Origin: Rhizaria sp. SCN 62-66
Taxonomy: Eukaryota
Direction of reading: 5' to 3'
Assembly: GCA_001724265.1 (NCBI GenBank)
Contig: MEDY01000102.1
Coordinates: 62,001 to 95,880 of the forward strand
DNA: 33,880 nucleotides
The notes under the pieces were generated by a model. That model was not told the origin of the DNA, ran no database searches, and saw only the letters and a program-made list of their open reading frames with translations. A program made the position numbers and the translations under genes. Shown here piece after piece: positions 1-8,300 of this stretch (its first letter is position 1; the number at the start of each line of letters is the position of its first letter).

Positions 1-2
1 TG

Positions 3-209
3 TCGCACATCCCCGAGGCGAACCTCGTCAACGGTTACGAGAAGAAGCAGGACCACGCCGCTCTTTACGCCACGGCCGTGCCCAAGGAGACTCGCCCTGT
101 CACCAAGGCTGACGACTTCTACTCCGTCAACCTCGGCACTGATGCTAAGTCGCTCTCCAAGCTGACCCGCACCATGGCTGCAAAGGATGACATCTCCCTC
201 GTCTTCTAA
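3..209 (+). CDS. 3' end of a gene truncated by the window edge (…SHIPEANLVNGYEKKQDH…AAKDDISLVF*), product unknown
   Basis: Open frame from base 3 to TAA at 207-209 with strong C/G-ending codon bias; composition becomes AT-rich right after the stop. Confidence 0.75.
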   Translation, partial: SHIPEANLVNGYEKKQDHAALYATAVPKETRPVTKADDFYSVNLGTDAKSLSKLTRTMAAKDDISLVF

Positions 210-693
210 GTAATTCAGTCAGCGATGGCGGGATAAAGGCTGGTAGGTGTGACGGATGACTGTAGACCGTCACACATGTGTGTAAATGCGAACTTGTGAT
301 TGGAGAAAGCGGCGTAAACTGATGTACATATGCTGATGTTTATGCGCTGATTGTTAAAAATATCACAAGACATCATTAATACAAAAGAATTTGAATCTCT
401 GTCGTGCTTGAATCGGTAAATTCTATGGTGAGCTTGCCACCACAACTCGAAATTGGGAGTGAGGGCCAAGGAGCTAAATTAGAACACCCCGTATGCACTC
501 ATTTGATCGTCAATATGGATTCAACGAGCAATTTCTATACTGGCGCTATTTATATTGTTCTATTTCTAAAATTGGTATTTGTTCCTGTCCTTATCTCTGT
601 ATCAACCATAATAATGACGCTCTCGCTCCCGCAGCTCGACCCCCCACTCCAGCATCCTCGTTCCGCGCTCTCGCCGCCCGCCCTGCACCTGCC

Positions 694-2638
694 ATGAGCG
701 ACCAGCCCACGCCCACATCAGTGACGGCCCCATTGCAGGCGCACTTTGAGGCCGTGGTCCGCGACAAGGCCGGGAAGGTCCTCGCCGCGTGCCCCGACGC
801 CTTCGACTCCAACCTCACACCGGAACAGCAGGCCCGCGCGCGCCGCGCTGTCGAGAACGCAAGTACGTCCCAACTACCGGCTTCATACGCACTCTCTGCG
901 TTTACTGTAGTCTTTTTGTAAACATTTCGTGATGCTTTTATTTCATCGGACGCTTTTAATTCTGTGAAATTGTTCGAGTTGTATTCACAGTTCTTCCGTT
1001 ACGAACATGCTCATGGACATTGTTTATTGTCTGCTGTCCCGGATTTCTTGTCCCCGCAGCCCGTGACCCAGATGACTCGGTTGCCGACATTATGCAGTTT
1101 GTGTCGTTTGCCATCTTTGCGATTTTGCTCGCCATCGTCTACATCTTCACCGGCATCAACGTTCCTGCCATCGCACTTGGTACGCTCATAGACTGCGCCA
1201 AATCCGAAGCAAACCCGGAAATAACTTTATACACGTAAATACTGGTAATATTTTGTTGTTTCTTATTGTGTTTTCGCTCGATTTGCGCTTATTCTGTTTA
1301 TCTCCATTTGTTTTCCTCATTTCCCTATAGCCGGCATCGACCGCCTGCTGGATCCCACCCCAGCCCCTGACCCGGCCCTGCTCGCAGTCGCGCACACCGC
1401 CGCCGCCGCCGCCGCGGTCTCGGCCCCGCAGTTGGCCCGCGCCTACGCCATCCTCGACGCCGCCGCGGCCGCCGCAGCCGCCGCCCTGGCCTCCACCTGC
1501 GCAGCGACTGTGACTGGGAGAGTGACTGTGAGCACTGCGACTACGGCAGCTCCCGGCTGGCAGTGGCGCCTTGTTTCCTCTGCGGCCGCCGACGCCGCAC
1601 CCGTGTTCGAGCCCGTGACCGAGGCCGGTGCGCGCGCTCTGACCGCCGCCGTCCTCGCCGCGCTCCCCGCCGCCCCCGCCTTCCCCATAGAAGCCGCCCC
1701 CGCAGCCGCCACAGCCACTACGACCGCGCCAATCGACCCCCCGCGGTCGCCCCCGCCCCGCACCGCGGCCCGCGTGAACCTCACCTGGCGCGGCGGCCTC
1801 CGCGGCGTCTGGAACTACTTCACCTTCGCCACGGCTCGCACCGCACGTCTCGCCTCTCGCGCCGGTCTGTTACCCAGCGCGCTCGTTGACTGGGCCACCG
1901 GCGACGGCGCCGCCGCGCGCAACCCCTACGTCTCCGTCTCGCTCCCGCCCGCCGGCTTAGACGGCGCGACCGCGGCATCGCCGAACGCCGCGGTGGCGTG
2001 GACCGCGGCCGTCGCTGCGGAGGCGCACGGGACGACTGTGGGCGAGGCAGCGTGGCGCGCGCTCACTGCGCCGCCGCCGTATGTGCCCGCGTTTGGCGAC
2101 GAAGACGAGCGCGTCATTCAGGCCGCTGTTGCTGCCGCAACAGAGACCGTGGCAGCCGCTGAGGCCTCTGTCAGCACAAGCTCCAGCTCCAGGAAGAGTG
2201 CGAGTGCGAGCATGAGTATTAAGGCCAGCGGCAGGGCTGCGGCGGACATTGCGCACGCTGCGGCCGCGGGGGCCCGCGTCAAGGCGGGTCTGATGCTCTT
2301 GGCCTACATCCAGGGCCGCTCGGCGTTCGCGGCAGTCCCGAGCGCCGCTAGCGTCACTGCAACTGCGGCTGCAGCTGCAGCTGCGCGCGGCGCGTCTGCT
2401 GCCGCCGCCGCGGAGACGGCCGCCGCGGCCGTGATCGCCGCCGCGGCCGCGGTGACTGCGGGCGCGCGCGTGGCGGCCAAGTCTCTTGTGACAGCAGACG
2501 GCCACGTGGCGTTCGAGGATGACGAAACGCTCAGCGCGGACGCGGCCGAGTGGGGCGCGTTCGCCGCCGCGCGCGCGCACGCGGTTGTCGCGGCCGCGGC
2601 GGCACACGCCTGCGCTCAGCTTCGCAGCGACAACAATG

Positions 2639-2673
<35 letters not shown>

Positions 2674-2877
2674 GGTGATGACAGCGACGCTCTGCAGTCT
2701 CTATGCCAGCACGCGGAGGCCACCGGCGCGGCGATTGTGCTCCAGAATTCCGCGTGCAGCACCGCTGCGGCGGGACAGACGGGCGAGACCGTCGGAGACC
2801 GTGGGCAGCAGCCTGAAGAGCGCAGCAACAGCAAGGCGGGTACTGGGGCGGCGACCCCGGTGCACGATGAGCTTTGA
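694..2877 (+). CDS. Hypothetical membrane protein, ~611 aa, 3 exons: 694-862, 1060-1179, 1331-2877
   Basis: ATG at 694 (gccATG). Introns 863-1059 (GTACGT…GCAG) and 1180-1330 (GTACGC…ATAG) are both phase 1 and join track ORFs 493-921, 1020-1238 and 1432-2877 in frame. Exon 2 encodes a hydrophobic helix (FVSFAIFAILLAIVYIFTGI). The rest is Ala-rich; TGA stop. Confidence 0.75.
2641..2670 (+). repeat. (AGC)10 microsatellite encoding poly-Ser
   Basis: Perfect trinucleotide run inside the CDS. Confidence 0.95.
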
Positions 2878-3770
2878 GGGAGATACCTCGCTCTGGTCGA
2901 GAACATTGACTGAGATTTTTATATATAATTTGATACTTTTATTTAGACATTTAATAAATACGTTTTTATTCCCCCAAAAATCGATTCTATTGAAGTTGTT
3001 TTTATAATCGTCGAAAATCGGAAAGGCGTCGATAAGAAGATCACTTATGGCTAAGCATGTCAGAGTCGTGAACGTGGAGTTCTTGGTAAAGTGGAAAATC
3101 ATGGATAAGAAAGAGACTAATCGCAGAAAATCAGCATGAAAAAATATGGGGACTTACAGCAACAGTAGGGACTCAGAATATTTGAATTTCACGTCATAGA
3201 GAAGCGACAGTTGATATCGGAGTGAACATTGTATGGAAACGAACGTGCACCGCCACGGCCCCACGCCCCACTGCGCCGCAAAGCGCGTGTGTGGGGGCGT
3301 GGGCGCGCGTGGCAGCGCACGGGAGCAACTATAGTCAAACTGTACAACACAGCACACAGCTCCGCAGCAAAGTACTAAACGAAAGACGCCGAAAATCAGC
3401 TGTGGAGAATGCAGCGATGGACTGCAACGGGAGCAAACAGACTCTAAAGATCACGAATGAACGAAATAACGGAAAGATTGGCAACGAAAGACTGCGCAAG
3501 CTAACACGAACTGCTTGTGATATAAATTTACTTAATCAATGTTGGGGGTGGGTGGGGGGTTGTTTTGTGGGCGTGTGACATTTCCGTTCAACTTTTGACT
3601 CACAACACAGTAACCGAGACACCGAGGACTACCCATGCACTGCAGCGAGCATATACTGCTCAGCTGCCGCTGCGTCGTCACCATGCGTCGCAATGTCGTT
3701 TGTTTTAGCTTATACGAGCAAATATGTCTGAACACGCGTTGATTTAGCGTTGGTGGTAACCGTCAAGTGC

Positions 3771-4774
3771 TTACGCGTCGTTCGCCTCCTCGTCGTCGAC
3801 CTCGCCCTCGGAGGACTCCTCACCGGTGGGCATGAACTCGCCGTCCTCCTCGTCTTCGTCCTCGTCGTAGGCACCACTCATGAGACGCGCAAGCGCAGAC
3901 ATATCGCCCTCGTCGCCCTCGGCGTCGCCCTCCATGATGGCGGCCATGGCGGCGGCCAGCTCGACGTCGTTGTCGCCGTCGACGACGTCGTCGACGTCCT
4001 GCTCGGCAGCCACGCGGGCCTTCTTCGCGATCTTGTCGTCCTTCTTCTCGTTGCGCTTCTGCGCCAGAGAGCGGCAGAGCGGGAAGTGAGCGCGGGGCAA
4101 AATGCACGAGCAAGAACGGAAACAAAAAAAAAAAAAGGGGGAGAAATGAGTAAGAGGAGCAAGAAAAAGAGGATAAAAGGCAAACAACAATTTTTTGGAG
4201 CCCGGGCATTCTCTGACAAAGCGAGGGTCGATCGTTGGTGCCGTAGTATGCGAAGATCTGCGTGTCGCAGCTTCAACAAGCCCCCACACTTGGGCGGACG
4301 GGCGCATCCCGGCACGGCTCGGAAGAAACGGAGACAGGCTGTGCGCGCGAGATCCCCGGGCTGGCAGGTGCAGTAGACGCGTACAGATCCAAGACACAAC
4401 TCAGCAGGGTGGTCCAGTGGCAGATCGCGCGTGTGACGCCCAGTTGCCGCGGGGAGTACGGCGCGAAACGGGGCTAATCACGGGCAGGCTGGCACGGCGA
4501 TGCGACGCCGAGGCTACAGACAAGCGGAGCGCAACGCAGCCGCGTCGGGGCCCACGGCTGGCAAGATCGCCGTAGCGAGGCGGTCGCCAGGAGCCGAGCA
4601 GCCCATAGAACGGCGCGCGCGGCGGCCGCGGCAAAGGAGGGCACGACGCCGCGCGAAGCCGCCCAGAGCGTGAAGTTTGTGGCAGGAGTGCGCACCGAAA
4701 CCGTGGATGATCGAAATGAAAAATTATCATGTGTTGAACAGTGGCTTGATTCATAGGGAAAAACGTACCGACAT
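3771..4774 (-). CDS. Small acidic nuclear protein, ~97 aa (MSKRNEKKDDKIAKKAR…DEDEDEEDGEFMPTGEESSEGEVDDEEANDA), exons 4774-4769 and 4058-3771
   Basis: ATG TCG directly followed by donor GTACGT at 4768. A long polypyrimidine tract, a gctcac branch-like motif and a CAG acceptor lie at 4060-4059. The phase-0 join gives a basic N-terminus and a D/E-rich body; TAA stop. The 5' micro-exon is inferred. Confidence 0.7.
4059..4768 (-). other. Unusually long (710 nt), GC-rich spliceosomal intron
   Basis: GTACGT donor after ATG TCG; poly-Y tract and CAG acceptor. The other nine introns are 114-197 nt. Confidence 0.6.
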
Positions 4775-5359
4775 TGGATTGGTCGTGCTTTAGTTGCAAT
4801 CGAGGCTTTCTGGGGCCAGCCGTCAGTCGTCTCCAGCGCCAAGCCCGACTCCCGCCTCGCTCCGCGACCGTGCATGCATAACCCTGGTAGGGTCGGACTT
4901 TTGGTCACTTTTCTGTTTTATACATTGGTCTACCTAACATAACGATCTGCAACCGACACTACACTTTGCTTTTGTACATGTTTATTCTGATGTACTTTTT
5001 GTAGAATGCATATGTGCGCTGTTGGAGTCTCAGACGCTCTGGAGCCTCAAAGATCCGACCCGCCTCGATTCGGCTCCTATAGGCGCGTCTCAGAGCTCTC
5101 TTTCTGCCTTCTTCAAACGATTTTCCTGTTAATTTATACTTATCACCACGTTTTCATCTCTGTTTTCTTTGAAACATGTGTTTAATCTGCCTTTGGACGC
5201 CTCCCTCCACCACCTCCAGACACCCTTCCTTCAAAACTCGCTTAGTCGAGGTACACAATCACGCAGACAGAAGCCCATCTCGCTGCCACACAGCTCCCCT
5301 CCCTCCCCACTAGCGTTCGCGCTACCCCCGCCCCACTTTGCGCAAAGCGCGCCGCCGCC
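4775..5359. promoter_or_regulatory. Divergent intergenic region (acidic protein gene / phosphoesterase gene)
   Basis: Head-to-head starts at 4774(-) and 5360(+) flanking an AT-rich core. Confidence 0.5.
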
Positions 5360-8300
5360 ATGGCCGACTACGTTGACGCGGACCTCGCTGAGCTGTCGGC
5401 TTTCGCGACCCACTCCGGCCGCGCCGCGGCCGCCGTGGCCGCCGCGGGCGGGCGCGGCAGCGCCGCCGCCAGCTTTTCCCGCCGTGACGCCGACATGCTG
5501 CATGCGTTTGCGTCCTACCAGGCCGCGGACGCCGCGGACGCCACCGACGCCGACTCGGCGCGTCTGCTGCGGCCCTCGCGCGTCGCCTCCGCGGGCTCCA
5601 TCAACGGCGACGGCGACCGCAACTCCGCGCGCTCCTACGACAACACCGCGTCTTCACAGCAGCAGCCGCCGCGGCCCGGATTTTCTGGCATTGCGGCCGC
5701 CGCGGCCGCCTTTGCCGTCGTTGCCGCCGCCGCGGCACGCACCCTGCTCGCGGCAGCGCTCGCCGGCGTTGCCCTAGTGCTCGCGGCCGTGGCGGCGTTC
5801 CCTAAGCGCGCCGCCGCCATCGCCGCGGGCTCGCTCCTGCTTGTCACGCTCCTGGTTGCCTTTTCAGGCTCTGGCGCGGCTCTAGGTGCCGGTGCTGGCG
5901 CTGGCGCCGGCGTGGCGACTGTGGCGGCACCGGCCGCCACTGCAGTGAGCTGGCCCCCGGGCGTCGCCGTCGCCATCATGGCCGAGACCGACACCGAGAC
6001 CGACGCTGCGACGAAGACTCAGACTGTGAGCAGCAAGGCCACGGGCAAGAATGCGAACACTGCCCCGACGACGCCGGTGCACCATAGGCTGATCGAGGCC
6101 GACATCGACGCCGACGCGGAGCTGGAGGCGCTGCTCACCCAGGAGTCTAGTCGGGCCGCGCGCGCAGCCTCCAGGCTCACGCTCGCGGAGGGCGGCGCTG
6201 GGCAGGAGAAGTCGCAAAAGCAGCAAGATCAGCAATATCAGCAGGACACCGACTCTGACGCCGACTCTGACGATGCTGACTCCAGTGCCGACGCTGAGAG
6301 TGAGATTGAGATTGAGGAGGCTGACGCCGCGTCTGCCGCGCTGCTGGCTGAGATGGAGGGCGAGACTCTTCCCTCAGGCGGCTCGACTTCCCTCGCGCAG
6401 ACCGTGTTCGCCGAGTCCAGCAGCAGCAGCAAGAGCTCGAAGACCAGTGACAGCAAGAGCAAGAGCAAGAGCGACAACAAGGATAACAAGGACAGCAAGG
6501 ACAGCAAGACTGCCAAGAGTGACTCTGCTAAGACTGTGAGCAAGGTTGCCGGCAAGACCATGAGCAAGCGCGAGGCCGCCGCCGCCAAAGCCAAGGCCGC
6601 CGCCGCCAAGGCCAAGGCCGCCGCCGCGCTGGCCAAGAAGAAGGCCCACTACGCACCCACGGCAACGCGCAAGAAGGTCCTTGCGTCCCAGTTGAACCCC
6701 TTCCACACTGTCCACACACACTCGCACAGCGCCACAACATCCTCCTCCTCCGCGCAGACTGGCGCTCAGTTGCAGTCGCAGGCAGGGGGCGGCAAGGCGG
6801 CGGCGGCGGCTCTGAGCAGAGAGACGGGGTCGGCGCTCGCGGCGGCTGTCGCGGCGGCCGGCCAGTCGCTCAAGGCTACGGGCGCGCTTACCGACGTTGC
6901 CTCCGTCTTCCCCCCGTCCTCTACTCTCGCCAACGCCAATGCTAACAGCGATGCGAGTGCGGCAGCGGCGGCCGCTGCGCCGTCTGCGCCGGTGCCCGCG
7001 GCGCTCAAGCTCAACCCCCACCCTCACTCTCCCGCCGCCGCCGCCGCCGCCGCCGCTGCCGCCGCTGCCGCCGCCGCCAACGGCAACTCCAACGGCCCTG
7101 CCGAGGCTGGTGCCGACGGCGTTACGCCGAACAGCAGCGGCGACGTCGCTGGGCTGGCGCGCGGCACGGCGCGGTCCGCGCTCGCGCCGACCGCGGAGGC
7201 TGTCAACGCCGCTTACGCCACGCGCGGCGACGCACCCAGAGTCAGCGTCGGCTTCACCGCCGCCGTCGCGGCCGACGCCGACAGCGGCGCGGCTTCGCGG
7301 GCCGCGCACGCCCCCAGGAACGTTAGTGGTGGCAGCGGCGGCGGCAGCAGAGACGGCAAGGACTCCGTCAAGAACGCCAAGGATGCCGGCAACAGCAATA
7401 AGGACAGCGGCGCCTCATCGGCCGACGTCGCGGCCGCCGCTGCCGCCGCGGCGGCTGCGGCGACCAGAGCTGCTGCAGCGAACGTGACTGCGGCGGCGGA
7501 CGCTCTGCGCGAGCGCGGCGGCTTTTACGCCCAAGGCGCGTCGCCGCACTTCGGACACCTGCACCCGCTGTCGGCCGAGCTTAAGACGGCGGTGCGGTTC
7601 TTCCACTTCTCGGACTCGCACGTGGACCCGTTCTTCACGCCCTCCCAGTCGATGCAACCCGGCGTGTGCCACTCGTGCAAGCTGTCCTCGGCCGTCTTCG
7701 GCCCCGACGCCTACTGCCCGCTGGCGATTCCGGACGGCGAGTCCGTGCGCGACGTCTCCGCCGGGTACGCGTTCGGGCGCTACAAGTGCAACCCGCCGCC
7801 GCGCCTGATGCGGTCGCTGCTGACGCATCTCTCGCGCCACAACGCGGACCCCGATTTCATCGTCATCACGGGCGACCTCGCGCCCCACGGGTTCCCGGAC
7901 GACCAGTACCCGCTCGACGCCGACACGCAGCTCACGGACTTGTGTCCCAGCAAGTTCCTCGTCATGCAGCGCCACATCCGCGAGCTGCGCCGCTTCTTCC
8001 CGCGCACACAGTTCGCTTTCTCCATGGGCAACAACGACCACTTGCCCAAGAACGTCTTCTGGGCGCCCTACATGGCGAAGTTAGGTGATATGTTTCTCGA
8101 CGAAGGGTTTATCTCACCGCAACAGCACGCTGACTTCATCCGCACGGGGTCCTACTACCTCGACCCGCGGCCCGGGCTGCGCATCGCGTGCCCCGACTTC
8201 TCGCTCTTCATCGAGGGCGGCGAGGCCTCGTTCGTGCCCGAGGACCAGTGGGCGCATCTGACCGGCGTGGAGCAGGAGGACGCGCGCTTCCCGGTGCGCG

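Noticed and set aside
250-350. ATGA within a 3' UTR hairpin suggesting a SECIS element
   Set aside because: ATGA is in the loop rather than at a GA quartet, the AAR spacing is wrong, and the visible CDS has no in-frame TGA.
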